Shown here one piece after another: positions 12,001 to 24,218 of a stretch of 64,000 nt of DNA. The notes under the pieces are model-generated. The model was not told where the DNA came from. It did no database searches and saw nothing but the letters and a program-made list of their open reading frames with translations. Location of the stretch: positions 3,906,001 through 3,970,000 of the forward strand of contig CM035358.1 of assembly GCA_020137815.1 (NCBI GenBank), in the 5' to 3' direction. The translations under genes were made by a program, and so were the position numbers. The first letter of the stretch is position 1. Each line of letters starts with the position of its first letter. This DNA is from Hormiphora californensis (taxonomy: Eukaryota; Animalia; Ctenophora).

Positions 12001-15000
12001 AACAAAGAAGCTGAAATCCTCTAAGAAGAAGGGGAAGAAAAAGGCCGGCAACAAAGGAAAAAATAACAAGCTCAAATCATCCAAGAAGGGAGGAAAAAAG
12101 AAGGTGAAATCCTCTAAGAAGAAAGGCAAGAAAAAGGCTGGCAAGAAAGGAAAAAAGAAGAAGCTCAAATCGTCCAAGAAGGGAGGAAAAAAGAAGGTGA
12201 AATCTTCGAAAAAGAAAGGCAAGAAAAAGGCTGGCAAGAAAGGAAAAAAGAAGAAGCTCAAATCGTCCAAGAAGGGAGGAAAAAAGAAGCTCAAATCCTC
12301 CAAGAAGAAGGGGAAGAAAAAGGCGTCCCTCGCTATTTCATCTTCTAAGGAAGAAGAAGATAACTGGAAATCTAAAACAATGTTATCAATGACAAAGGAG
12401 TGTCGATACGAGAATACTGTCTTCAAGGGTACCCCATTCAAGGAACTGACTACTGCATCTGCTATTGAGTGTGAGGATGAGTGTATCAATACCCGGATTT
12501 GTAACTCGCTTACATTTGTACGGGATGATATGAATTGCAGGATGTTCAGTTTACAGACTGCTAAACCCATCTCAACGGATATCGAAACGGTTTCAGTGGA
12601 TCTGAATTGCGATCCCAATGTCCGCAGGACCTTCTTGGAGAGACTCTCGCAACAGAAAAACAAACGGACAACTGGGGAAGCGTGTAGGATGGATGGAAAA
12701 AGGCTGGAGGGAGGAACGATTGCTGTGTTAAAGAAGTCGACTGCAGCAAGTTGTATAGAATCATGTAAGTTCAGGCGTGAGTGTACCGCCGTTACGTTTG
12801 AGGATGTTTCCCGGACTTGTTTCCTAAAATCCTCAAAACACCTGGGACCTTATGAATGACGATACTGGACTTGGGGTCATCTCTATCGATCTTGCACACG
12901 ACTGTTCAGTAACTAGAAAGGTGCACACCCGGGCTGTTGGAGCCAACTGTGATTACCCGGGGATGACATTCCCATCCTGGAAGGATTCTCCGAATTACAG
13001 TCGCTGCAGATGCAGCTGAATGTGGAGAGTTTTGTGCCCAGACGGAAGAGTGTAAAGCAGTGACGTTCCTGTCGGTGTACGGAAAGTGTCTGCTCAGGGA
13101 TGGGAATCACTGGTGATCCAATTGTTGACAAACACGGAACAAACCTGGGCGTCAGGTCCATCGAACTAAACTGCCGGCCAAAATCAAACAAGGAAACAGC
13201 AAAAGAGCTTACTCTAACCCTTGATAAGGTGGACCTATCAGTCCATACTGCAACTGAGATATCTGACAATGACCCTTGCCTCCATCCCGGAACATCGTTC
13301 TCGGGTGGTGTTTTAGAGACCCTCGTTGGGATCACAACTCGTAGCGAGTGTGTGTCACACTGTATAGCTAACCATCAATGTGTTGCGGTGACCCTCTCTC
13401 CCGGGATTCAGCGGTGTTTCCTACATAACTCAGCCAGCACTGGACCAATCGCATCCGACTACGCCAAGGAGAAGGAAATCCAATCGTACGATCTGAGATG
13501 CAGTAAGCCTGAAGTTTCCTTGGAGCCATGTACCTATGATAGACAGGTTTTTGAAGGAGGGCTACTGGAGACTGTAACTGATATTTACTCCGCAAGACTT
13601 TGTTTAGAAGAGTGTTACCATGATACAACTTGTGTCTATGCTACATATGAACCATTCACCCTAAACTGCCTTCTGAGGTCCGGTGATGCTACTGGTCCGG
13701 TATATTCTGGGACCACGGACAGGGTCACCTCCTTCAAGCTCCACTGTGAGCAGATCCAGGGTAAGAAACCAGAGGAGGGATGTGTAAAGGTGGGAATGAA
13801 GGCCCAGGATGGTATCTTGGCTGAACAGAAGGGGGTTGAGAGTGAGGATTTGTGCTTTGAGGAGTGCTTCCAGAGTGAGAAGTGTGTGGTTGCTACCTAT
13901 AATGGGGATAACAAGACTTGTACCCTCGGTGATTCATCTCACAAACTCGTACCAGCTGAATTCCAGAACACCCTCTCATTTGATTTCACATGTTCCAAAG
14001 GTGGGAAAGAGAGTCAGGAAGAAGCTGTAACAACAACAACCACACCAGATTCTCTAGAGACCAAACCTCGTTGTGATGTTGCAGGTAGTGCATTTAAGGG
14101 CGGTTTAGTCAAGACGCACCCTGACACAGACTCTATTTCTGCATGTGCAGTTCTATGTGACAAAGAACCATGGTGTGTGGCGGCCAACTTCAACAAGAAC
14201 AAACGGACATGTTCCCTCCGAAATAACAAGGCTATGGGACCCATACAAACACCATGGACATTGTTTAGTGAAATGGTTGCAGTGAATTACCGGTGTGAGG
14301 GTAGCAGGATTTGGAAACAAAACACACCTTGTGAACTCAAGGGATCTACTTATACTGGAGGTCTTATCGAGGCTAGAGATGGTATCTACAGCGGTAAACA
14401 GTGCTCTGATGCCTGCCTGATGTCTGATTTGTGTGTAGCTGCTACATTCTCACCCGCCCTACAAAGATGTTCCCTAAGGAATGGGTATAAGCACCAACCA
14501 AAACACTCCCAGAGGAGGGGGTAGTCTCATACGATTTCCTCTGCTCCAAACCCAAGCCAACAAAAGTGATCCATCATTCAGCCTGTAAACTGGAGAACCA
14601 TCTTCTAACTGGTCCCTACATGACATCTCTAGGAGGGGTAACTTCTGACATTGCGTGTGGTAAAGCGTGCTCTGATACAGCAGACTGTATTGCAGCTTCC
14701 TACATTGCCGGCACACAAAAGTGCTTCCTGAGGAACGAAATTGGAAAGGGTGTGAGGAATGAGTGGACCGCGGAACACAAATCTGTAACTATTGATCTAA
14801 CCTGCAAGATAAAAGCACCTAAACCAGCACCAGCTCACACAGTCAAGGTGAAGGGAGGGAAATGCAGAGAGGACTATGCCTTTTTCCCAAAGGGCACTCT
14901 GAAAACGCTGGAAAATGTGAAATCAATAACTGAATGTGTAAGCTACTGCCACGCTGAGGAAGCCTGTAAGGCTGTTACATTTGTGGTGGTAGAGGGATCT

Positions 15001-16046
15001 TGTTTGTTAAAGACTGCTGAACACTTGTCAGCTGTATCAACTCCTTGGACACGACATGCTGGTGTATTCTCCTTTGAGCTGGATTCATGCTCAGAGGGAG
15101 AAATAGTTATCCCACCAAATGCACCCAGTAAGTTTCAATCGGTATCTTTCATTGTTTGTTTGTTTGTTTGTTTGTTTGTTTGTTTGTTTGTTTGTTTGTT
15201 TGTTTGTTTGTTTGTATCTCACCATGCTTTTGGGCACGTTGTCCCCCACTGTGATCGTGTGCTCTCATCCATGACTTCTCATTCATTGATTCACTAATTT
15301 CCTACCCCATCTTGTCAGAGAGAGAACACAAAAGAAAAAGATCGCCTCCGGTAGAACAAGGGGGATGCTACGGGAAAACCATTGACATAGCAACAAACAA
15401 AACACATCGTATTGACTGTGGCGGCAGGTAATTTTCAAATCTCTCATCTTTTTGGGGAGAAAATTTTAACATTTTATGGATTTTTGACATGTTCCTAACA
15501 CTCCATTTCAGCGAGATGGTGATGAAATCGGTACAGCTGGTTGGTGATGAGATCAAGTTGGAATGTTGTGCAACTAAACCAGGCAATGTCACTACCTCAA
15601 CATCCTGTCCAGAGGGAACACTCCTTCTCCGTCAACTTAATGTACACCCCAGTGGAAGGTACGAGACCTCTTAGTTTCCTTCCTTAGTTTCTCTGACACC
15701 CTGTTTCTCTAATCGTGCTTATAATTTAGGCTATAGCTGACATAGACTGCTATATTTGCTACTTATTATAATTATACTGAGACACAGACTAATCCCAAAA
15801 CTAACGATCTACTATTTCAGACACGAGACACAGACTAATCCCAAAACTAACGATCTACTGCCCTACTTCAGATCACTAACAAGATGTTTGGACCCTGCTA
15901 GGAGGATATTCCAACTTCCCGCGCTGTGCTGGGTGGAGCCATTTGTAGTGGGATACGCAGATTGTGGAAGCACGGGGGCATTCAATGAGATACCTGCAGT
16001 AGGGGAGAAAGAGTGGAGATATGGAATATGTTCCTTCCTTGTGTAG
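1..16046 (+). CDS. Giant multi-exon gene (5' end outside window): Cys-rich dermatopontin-like repeats, ~19 PAN/apple domains and Lys-rich KSSK repeat linkers; probably extracellular
   Basis: GT-AG exons at about <1-82, 162-250, 471-612, 904-1018, 1274-1331, 1476-1666, 1778-1869, 1991-2136 and 2302-2507, a giant coding block 3365-15127 (ORFs 3400-6666, 7919-12859, 13100-14524, 14566-15297), then about 15319-15427, 15512-15658 and 15872-16046 (stop). Recurrent PAN pattern C-x(15-25)-C-x3-C-x5-C-x-A-x-T-F-x(4-6)-C-x-L-K. Apparent 1-2 bp frameshifts near 12855, 12970, 13110 and 14520. Confidence 0.85.
771..879. mobile_element. 109-bp hAT-type MITE (copy 1)
   Basis: TIRs CA(A/G)GAACCGAC...GTCGGTTCCTG; 8-bp TSD GTATTTAT on both sides. 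Confidence 0.9.
2569..2975. mobile_element. Diverged Tc1/mariner-type MITE with ~100-bp TIRs
   Basis: Left end CACGGTGTTCATTTTGGATCTT... matches the reverse complement of right end ...AAGATCCAAAATGAACATCCTG|TA; nested internal inverted repeat. Confidence 0.65.
3000..3180. mobile_element. TTAA-flanked hairpin MITE (Kolobok-like)
   Basis: TTAA|GCGACAGGCCGCCG...CGGCGGCATGTCTC|TTAA with internal inverted arms (GTTCCTGATAAGATA / TATCTTATCAGGAAC). Confidence 0.6.
5881..6110 (+). repeat. Coding 33-bp tandem repeat (PVQRPKKVEKK, ~7 copies)
   Basis: Repeated cctgtgcaacgtccgaagaaggtggagaaaaaa. Confidence 0.95.
6627..7904. mobile_element. 1278-bp palindromic non-autonomous DNA transposon (Kolobok-type, GG..CC ends, TTAA TSD) inside a coding exon
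   Basis: TTAA at 6623-6626 and 7905-7908; near-perfect arms 6627-7252 and 7279-7904 with a 26-bp spacer; the empty site GATATTAAGACTATTTCAG occurs in paralogous repeats at ~8681, ~10193 and ~10973. Confidence 0.92.
7909..12320 (+). repeat. Hierarchical coding tandem repeat: 90/93-bp KSSKKGGKKK units nested in a 2292-bp duplication
   Basis: Identical ORF pairs offset by 2292 bp (7941/10233, 8721/11013, 9156/11448); 90-bp period (aacaagctca at 8081 and 8171). Confidence 0.95.
15153..15213. repeat. (GTTT)n microsatellite, intronic
   Basis: Direct reading. Confidence 0.95.
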
Positions 16047-16545
16047 AATGAACACTAGGGGTTGCTAAGTTCAATGAACACTGTGACAGCTTATGTGAGC
16101 GGTTTTTTACTTTAAATAATTATTTGTAGGGCTATTATTACCAGTTTTTGAGGTTGTTTAGAGAGGTTTGGTTTGTAACTTTGCTATTACTAATCTCTTT
16201 ATATACCTCTATATATATATATATATATATCTCTTGTTTATACAAAATCCAAGAACCGCCTTTACAAATCGCTTAATGGATATAATGGCGGTAAAAGAAT
16301 AACACAGCTAACTCTCGACGGTAATTTTTTTCTAAATGCCAACTGATTTACTGGGCATCTCATAGTCATTAGAAGCCTATAATCGAGAGTTGGCTGTAGC
16401 TAGGTACTCTAAACAAGGGGTGTCATTGTGGGCAAAACAGTAACCTCATTAGACCTGTCATCCTATTCAGTCATTCATTCATTTTATCCATGGCGTTCAT
16501 TCATTGCGTTCAATTTCTTCCAATGTGATGGAGTTTTGATTCGGC

Positions 16546-19435
16546 TCAACCATGTGCCTTCGATATATTCTCCACTAATATACCACAGTCTGCATCAACT
16601 TGAGTAACCATGGTTATCTCGTGCTCCTTCATAAAAACACCCAATGGATCAGTATCCTCCTTTATCAAACCACAAGGTGTAGTTATGTGTGACGTCACTT
16701 GTTGACGTGGTACACACGGGTTGACAATAACATGCGGTGTGGTCGGGATGCTGCAGGAGGAAAGTTCCCCAGCACGATCTCTGTTGTTTCTCCGTTGATC
16801 TGCCTTGCTGGCCTGCCTCTGGACGGGATTATCGAAGGAGGGAGATATACTTGCATCCCATCTTGTGTTGGGTTTACACGTCAGGGTTGCCAGTACTCGC
16901 TGTCTGATAAATCTGTTGAACCTCCTGAGGGATGGGATGGAGAGATCTCAGGGAGGGAGAGATAGGGAGTAAGAAGAAGGGGAGACTGAGAGAAAAGGAG
17001 GGAGAACGAGAGAAAGGGGAGACTGGGAGAGAAGGAGGGAGAAAGAGAGAAAGAGAGGGGGAGGGAGAGAGAGACATGGAGGAAGACTGGCATTGATAGA
17101 AACGAACCAGATTGTGAAATAACAGCTGTGTACCAGGAATTAGTAGGTACCGACTAAATCCTGACAAACACAGCTGCTATCGGTCCAGTTACAAAGTTTG
17201 AAACTGATATCAGTTTCAAAAACCTGATGTAAGTTTCAATTTAGCAACTGGCTAAACTAAATTGAAACTGATATCAGTATCTGAAACTGATATCAGTTTC
17301 AAACTTTGTAACTGGTCCCTATACCACCATCTATAGGTGACAGTAGTTTAGTTAAAACACTATCTCTCTCCCATCAATCTCATCACTAATCCCCTAAACT
17401 GTAACTTGTAATATTCGAACTCCATCTGTTTACAGAAGTATCTCCTCACTCTCTACATTTCAACTGTCTCATTCATTCTAATATCGACAGTAGAACTACT
17501 ACTTCCCAATAAACTACAAGCGAAAGTTAATCAACATCACTGATCATACCTATTAGTCAGAGTATAGAGGAAGGGGTTAGCGACTGTGTTGATAAAGATG
17601 AAGTTGTAGGAAAACATCTCCAAGACCACACCAGGTTGTCGACCAGTTGTATACTTGATCAGGTAGTAAACAAGAAAGGGTCCCCATGATATCATGTAGG
17701 TTCCTGGGATAAAGTTGGTCATACTTGGGGCATTTTGCGAAATATTTCGGCCTTCGGGGGAAGTTCATCCTCCCGGCAAATCGGGGTTACGGTAAATCGG
17801 GGTCCGGCTATTTTCATTTACGTACCTCCTACCAGAATGACCATGAGGGCAGGTTTAAAGGAGTACCGGCTCCCTGATCCTTTCTTCTGTAGGGTAGTGC
17901 TCTTTTGGGCAACCATGCACATCCAAACATTGGAGACAAACATGAGGACAACAGGCAGAGTAACAAACCCAATCAGAACTAGGTAGCATGTGCCCTTGGC
18001 AGAAGGGAGCAGGAATATCTTGGACATACATCGACCTAAACGGGAAACTTGATGTTATCAGGTCTCACAAATTGTAATTGTAAAGTGCCATTCTCAACAA
18101 ATGTACCATGCTCTTTGAATGGGTTTTCATTTCCCTCATTCAAGGGTGTGTTCTTACCTCTGTATGGGTCAAAGTATGCCATGGTGAAGGATCCGGAGTG
18201 GATAACATGAGATACCACGATAACCAGCATGGCAACAATCCAACACCCGGTAATGACCCATCGGGCCCTCTTTAGCGAGGCACATCTCATGTTGAAGGGG
18301 CGTAAAATCTGTTAGGGGGATGGGTAAAATGGAATGGAGAGTTTGAGTTTGGGGTAGGGAAGACGCATCTTTTAGCATTCCTGTTCTAGTTCTGTGGAGG
18401 AAGGGGGGGAGAAGGTTTCTATGGAATGGGGAGCAGGTGTGGCGGTAGATCAGTGATGGCCTATTTTACGTCACTTGGCGTGCTAAACAGCTATAAACTG
18501 TCACATGGGAGGGGGAGGAGGGGGACAAGGGCCCTTTCTCGGGGCAGGTGTGGTCTGTCTAACAACCCATTACACGATCAAAGAGGAATAGCTGACACTA
18601 TGGAATTGGAAGGAAGGGTCACATCTAGCTGGCATTGCACCAACCGTGATGAGACGAAAGGCGGTCATGTTGACAATAAGAAGGGAGTTAACGATGGCTG
18701 GAACCATGCCAAATATCCCCTCTATGTAACATATCTCGTATCCCAAGAACCAACCTCCTGTTATTGCTGTCAGTGCCTGCATAATTGAGGGTGGGTCAAA
18801 ACTCAAAAATGTCTGACAGGGTAAACAGTTTTTAAATAGTTTTTTGTCATTGATAATTAGTTACCTGCAATAAGAATTAGTTACCTGCGGTAAAATGACA
18901 ATTAAAGAGTAGATCGTGTCCGCTACAGCCAGATTTCTCACGAATGCCACACAGATCTTATCTAAGTGTAGGGCATTGTAGAGTATGGAAGAAACAAGAA
19001 CCAGAATATTTCCTGAAGGAATAGCGGGGTTGGGTTTGAGATTTGTCGAATACTAACGTTCAACTATTTGTCCTGGGGAGGGGGTCCCACTATACATTTA
19101 TTGTATTCTGGGGGAAATGTACAATGTATTTCTGCGCGCGGTGGCGGAAAGAGTGCTTGTCAATGTACTTTAATCATATGACAAGTTGCGCGCTCTACTG
19201 ATTAAATATTCGTGTAATTGGAATTATTGGGACAGCTGCAGCAAAATAAGGGATGAGAAAGCTAGAAATCACTCAAGGTGAAGAATTCAGAATTGTCAAT
19301 TGTACCTGACAGACCAAGGGTAGCCATGAAAACACTGTAAATGGAAATAATAACCCTCCAACTTTCATCTATTTTGAAAGCTGTATTATTGCTGAATGTA
19401 TCGTTCAAATAGGTAGAACCCGGGGCAGGGGACAT
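16546..19435 (-). CDS. Rhodopsin-like (class A) GPCR, 7 exons
   Basis: Exons 19435-19306, 19012-18885, 18776-18645, 18308-18158, 18035-17826, 17703-17550 and 16924-16546 join in phase. TM1 GN, TM2 NLAVAD, ECL1 W..G..C, TM3 end AFRL (DRY position), TM6 SWGP, TM7 NPFLY, helix 8 NRRFNRFI. Confidence 0.9.
17182..17319. mobile_element. ~135-bp hairpin MITE in GPCR intron
   Basis: Inverted ends CCAGTTACAAAGTTTGAAACTGATATCAGTTTCA / TGAAACTGATATCAGTTTCAAACTTTGTAACTGG. Confidence 0.7.
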
Positions 19436-19502
19436 GATTCTGAAAATCGGGATTTAGTTTGATTTTAATAAAAGGACAGTTATTAACAAAACAGAGGTAT
19501 TA

Positions 19503-20705
19503 CAGGGTGTCCCACTGTCTTTGCGTGACCTGCGATTACTGGTTATGACCGGGTTCCGTCAAATTAATCAAAACTCATCGAAAAATTGGTCAAAATGGTT
19601 CTAACAAAAACCAGTGTTCTAGAGAATTGTCTGGCGAACATTTTGGTTGCAAGATTGACATTCCAAGTCATACCAATCGTCAGATACATCGTCGTAAAGT
19701 CAAAATTACGTGTTCAAGAAATCCGACCGGGGTTCACGTTTTGAAAAATTCACAAATGCAAAGTTGCTCGGATCACATTGCATCCCTCATAAGAGTTGTG
19801 CGAAATTGTCTGGCGGTCATTTTGGTGCCCGGGTTTTTGTCCTAGCTCAATGTTTAGAGTGTCTTATGACTGTCTAAAGACGAAATTCAACCAGCATTTT
19901 TGAGGGGATCACGTGTCATCAACAAATGGGTGAAATGATTTGAAATTTACAAGAGCTTCATTGGAATCGTCTAAGGTTCATTTTGATACCATGGTTTTTT
20001 CCGTAGCTCTACGTTTAAGTTGCGTTATGACTGAAGGAACATGAAGATTTTTCTATGCTGAGTCTTAGTTGGTATCGGCTCACAACCCCTAATTAGGTGG
20101 CTCGGTGTCGTGTGTAATCCCATGATAATCAGCACATATCGTCTCAATTTCATCTAGACACTTGACAGGGTTGTTATGACGATTTGGCAAGGCCCCTGTT
20201 AATGTGTAGGATACGGAAGTTGTCTATCTCAACCCTACCATGCACTAAGATGCTATTCAAGCAGCTATGAGCTTCATAACAGGGCAAAATGCAATGCGAT
20301 ACCTGAGACCACTTTTGGGAAAATTCCAGTTCTGACAGTCATAAGACACTCTAAACATTGAGCTAGGATAAAAACCCGGGTACCAAAATGACCGCCAGAC
20401 AATTTCCTACAACTCTTATGAGGAATGCAATGTGATCCGAGCAACTTTGCATTTGTGAATTTTTCAAAACGTGAACCCCGGTCGGATTTCATGAACACGT
20501 AATTTTGACTTTACGACGATATATCTGACGATTGGTAAGACTTGGAAAGTCAATCTTGCAACCAAAATGTTCGCCAGACAATTTTCTAGAACACTGGTTT
20601 TTGTTATAACCATTTTGACCAATTTTTCGATGAGTTTTGGTTAGTTTAATGGAGCCCGGTCATAACCCAAAATCGCAGGTCACGCAAAGACAGTGGGACA
20701 CCCTG
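19503..20705. mobile_element. 1203-bp non-autonomous Tc1/mariner-type element with ~370-bp TIRs
   Basis: TA|CAGGGTGTCCCACTGTCTTTGCGTGACC...GGTCACGCAAAGACAGTGGGACACCCTG|TA; arms about 19503-19875 and 20333-20705. Confidence 0.9.
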
Positions 20706-21039
20706 TACTACACACAATAGCATATTGGGGGGCATATTGTTTACAAAAGCTCACAAGGAACAATCATCTGCTGCCACGAAATAAAACTTGAGAATAATAG
20801 CCAGAAATGATACGACAGCACTAAGATTTAACAAAGAAAGAGGGTGATAACGTAGACCAGCAATATGACAGCTGTGCCAGGCGTCAGAGAAGGGTTGCTA
20901 TGGGAACAAAGTAGCGTTAACCAGGCTACCAATTGGCCAATTTGAGAGTAAACCACCTGGTAGGTAGTACTTTCGTCATTCTTACTTTCTCTCTCTCTCA
21001 GCTGCTCTCGCGAGCAGCTCATCTATAGAAGATAAAGCT

Positions 21040-21068
21040 AACTCTCTCCTCTCACTCTCTCTCTCTTA

Positions 21069-21121
<53 letters not shown>

Positions 21122-21144
21122 ACTCTCTCTCTCCTCTCTCTATC

Positions 21145-21185
<41 letters not shown>

Positions 21186-21419
21186 TCCTCTCTCTTCTCA
21201 TCTTCTTCACCTGACTATCTGAGTCTATCTCACTACCTCTCTCGCTCTCTCACTATCTATCACTCCCTATCTCTCTCCCTCTCACAACTCTCTGTATTTC
21301 AATACATATTATTATTATCTCCCCCTCCAGGCTCCTTCGGCAATCTCACTTCCATTCGCTTCTCCTTGCCATATTCTACACCTTCTGGTTCAGAAAAGGG
21401 CCGTACACACTATCTCTCT

Positions 21420-21495
<76 letters not shown>

Positions 21496-21581
21496 CTTTT
21501 GGGCCATAGCGCCCTAGGTGTATCGTATACGGGGAAGAAATGGTACAATGCGGCCAGCTGGACAGAGCGAGAGAGAGAGAA

Positions 21582-21624
<43 letters not shown>

Positions 21625-21665
21625 GAGAGAATGAGAGAGAGAGAGAGAGACGAGAGAGAGGAGAT
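21040..21665. repeat. (CT)n/(GA)n microsatellite cluster
   Basis: Direct reading. Confidence 0.9.
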
Positions 21666-22704
21666 TGAGATCGAGGAGTAGGAGAGGAGCAAGCGCTATT
21701 AGTAGGAGAGCGACTAGATAAAGAGCAAGTTATAATAAAATGCATTTGATATCAGACCCGCTACCATTTCCACCACAACATAATACCGGATTTTCTTACT
21801 CAACAAGGATTTTCGCTGACTTCAGAGCTCAGATTGGGGAAATGCCAAATGGGGAGAGCTAAACTCTAGTCAGTTGCCGGGCTTGGTAGAAATTTCGTGT
21901 CATAATATCTGTAAAATATCTGTCAGTTCAAGCGATGGGGAGTAAACTGTCAAGACTATCTTCATTCTTCCCATGGACCTAGGAGTACTAACGGCAACAC
22001 TAAACAGCTCAGTGACTGAGAAACTAGGATGAAGGATGCAAGAACCGGAGATGTTAGAATACAATTACTAATTCATGGTTATACTGTGTGCAGGAATGAA
22101 AATAGTGACTACTTATACTACTAGAACATCTGTCACCACCACCCCCCTCGTACCACAGTAATTATAATTTCTAGAATCCTAATGGTATACCCATGGTGCT
22201 TGATCCACAGAGCCTAATGACGCACTCTCCCTCTCTCCACTTAATGGCAGCTGCATGTGTCCACATGGCCCCCATTAATTTTATCTCCAACCAGATTTCT
22301 AGATAACATTGTTAGGGGTGGGGCAACTGTAAATGGCAGTGGTAATTTGCCTACTTTTGAAAGTACTGTAGACAAAAGTAGACAAAAGAAGATAAAAAAA
22401 AGTGCTGAATGTGATCAGATTGAAATCAGATAACGAAATGTTCAGCTTTTTTGTAAAGTACTTCGCTTCAGCCTAGGTTGGTACTTATTAAAAAAGAAGT
22501 TGGTAGGATGTGGCGTTCAATACCAATCTTGTTACCAATCTTGTTACTCAATCAAACCTAGTCATCAAATCAAACAGCTTTGTTGATCTCTTCATTCCGT
22601 CCTTTTTTTATTCATCTCAGTAGATTCTTTCTGTCAGCCTCTATATTAGACTGTCTCTCTCTATATTTCTCTGTCTCTCTATACATCTCTGTTTCTCTAT
22701 ATAT

Positions 22705-22882
22705 CTCTGTCTCTGTCTCTGTCTCTGTCTCTGTCTCTGTCTCTGTCTCTGTCTCTGTCTCTGTCTCTGTCTCTGTCTCTGTCTCTGTCTCTGTCTCTGT
22801 CTCTGTCTCTGTCTGTCTCTGTCTCTGTCTCTCTCTCGACTCTGTATCTCTCTCTCTGTATCTCTCTCTCTCTCTCTCTCTC
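22705..22882. repeat. (GTCTCT)n followed by (CT)n microsatellite
   Basis: Direct reading. Confidence 0.95.
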
Positions 22883-22973
22883 TGCTTTTTTTTTCTTGCT
22901 TGTTCTTATCGCTTGTGCATTGAAAATCGTCCGTCTCTTATCTTTATAGTTGTAACGGTCACTTTTCACCGTT

Positions 22974-23933
22974 ATGAGTGTGAGTCCTAGAGTCTTGGTT
23001 AGTGGCAACAAGTCAATTAGTGACTCAGAGCTGGAAAATGTACATGTAGAAACTGTGGAGATGATAGAGGAACTATTTGCGATGACTGGAGCACGTCCCA
23101 CTACGGGCGTGTTTAGTGCAGAGTATAATGGTGCAGAGGAGAGTCTATGGGACACTTTATCTGCCCCCTCTAAGTACAAATTAGATAAGGTGGATAAAAA
23201 TGATTTAGTTGCGTGGGTGGAGATGACTGGCAAGTTGTTGGTTGAGAGGTTGTTCCCTGTAATGAGGAGCCAGTTTAATGAAGCTAGGAAGTGCAGTGAG
23301 ATAGAGAAGAAGCTCATAGAGCGTCAGGAGGATCTTATCTCCGCCCAGAAGGCACTAGTTGGTGCCCAGGAGCAGTTACTTAAACTGCAGGAGCAGCTCT
23401 TGGAGAAGAGAGAGGAAGTGATTACAGAGGTACAGATTATTGCGAAAGAGGAGATTCATAGCTTCTCATCTGCTTTAAAGAGGGAATGCGAGACAGCCTT
23501 GGCTCCTAGTAGGATCCAGAAGGCTGTTGCTGCAGCAAGCGAGGATAGGTCGTGTAATATTGTCATCCACGGGCTGACTGACAGTCCTGGAGACAGCGAG
23601 GAACTGTTACCGGAGCTGTGGACAACACTCGCGGAGAAACCTCTTGTGAAACGTGCTCAGCGGTTGGGGAGATTTTCAGCAGGTCAGACTAGACCCCTGA
23701 AGTTAACCCTGACAAGTAAGGAGATGCAGTCGTGTATTCTTGGTAAGAAGACACGACTTAGAGAGAGTGAAGTGTTTTCCCGAGTTTATATCTCTCCCGA
23801 CCTTACTTCTGAGGAGAGAGCGGCTCGGGCGGTCCTAGTGAAAAAGTTGAAAGAGGAGAAGGAGCGGAGCCCTAGGAAGTCGTTTAGGATCAAAAAGGGC
23901 GAGGTGGTGGAGGTCTCCTCGGGGACACAGTAG
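22974..23933 (+). mobile_element. Intact LINE ORF1-like protein (coiled coil + RRM-like) in an ORF1-only element of about 22885-24120
   Basis: Intronless 319-aa ORF; coiled coil followed by NIVIHGL...RLG...RPLKLTL...VYISPDLT.EER motifs typical of CR1/L2/Jockey-group ORF1; no ORF2 downstream. Confidence 0.75.
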
Positions 23934-24116
23934 TACTTACTGAGAGTGCTATTCATTTAAGTTTCTTCTTTTCATTTATTTCATTAAATTGCCTTCTTTG
24001 TTTGCTATAGTGTTCCTGTTGTTATCTATTAGACCAGCAGGAACATTCCAACGGGTCCATTACTAAAGTGGATTCCAAGCTACTTCAGCTAAACCTTGTC
24101 AAAGGTAATCAAAGGT

Positions 24117-24119
<3 letters not shown>

Positions 24120-24210
<91 letters not shown>

Positions 24211-24218
24211 TCTCTTTC
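24120..24218. repeat. (CT)n microsatellite at the 3' end of the ORF1-only element
   Basis: Preceded by CAAAGGTAAT CAAAGGTAAA. Confidence 0.9.

Noticed and set aside
7810-12663. 1617-aa antisense Phe-rich ORF (also 3885-4598 and 5718-6533)
   Set aside because: Shadow of the Lys-rich repeat. In this register antisense stops need Tyr/His/Gln codons in particular contexts, which are rare here.
12840-14570. Programmed frameshifting or separate genes at the ORF breaks in the PAN gene
   Set aside because: Domains continue across 1-2 bp shifts without slippery sites; similar indels in other genes point to consensus errors
20760-22100. Hydrophobic ORF 20828-21022 and exon-like pieces
   Set aside because: Interrupted by stops in a noisy microsatellite-rich region; no supportable gene model
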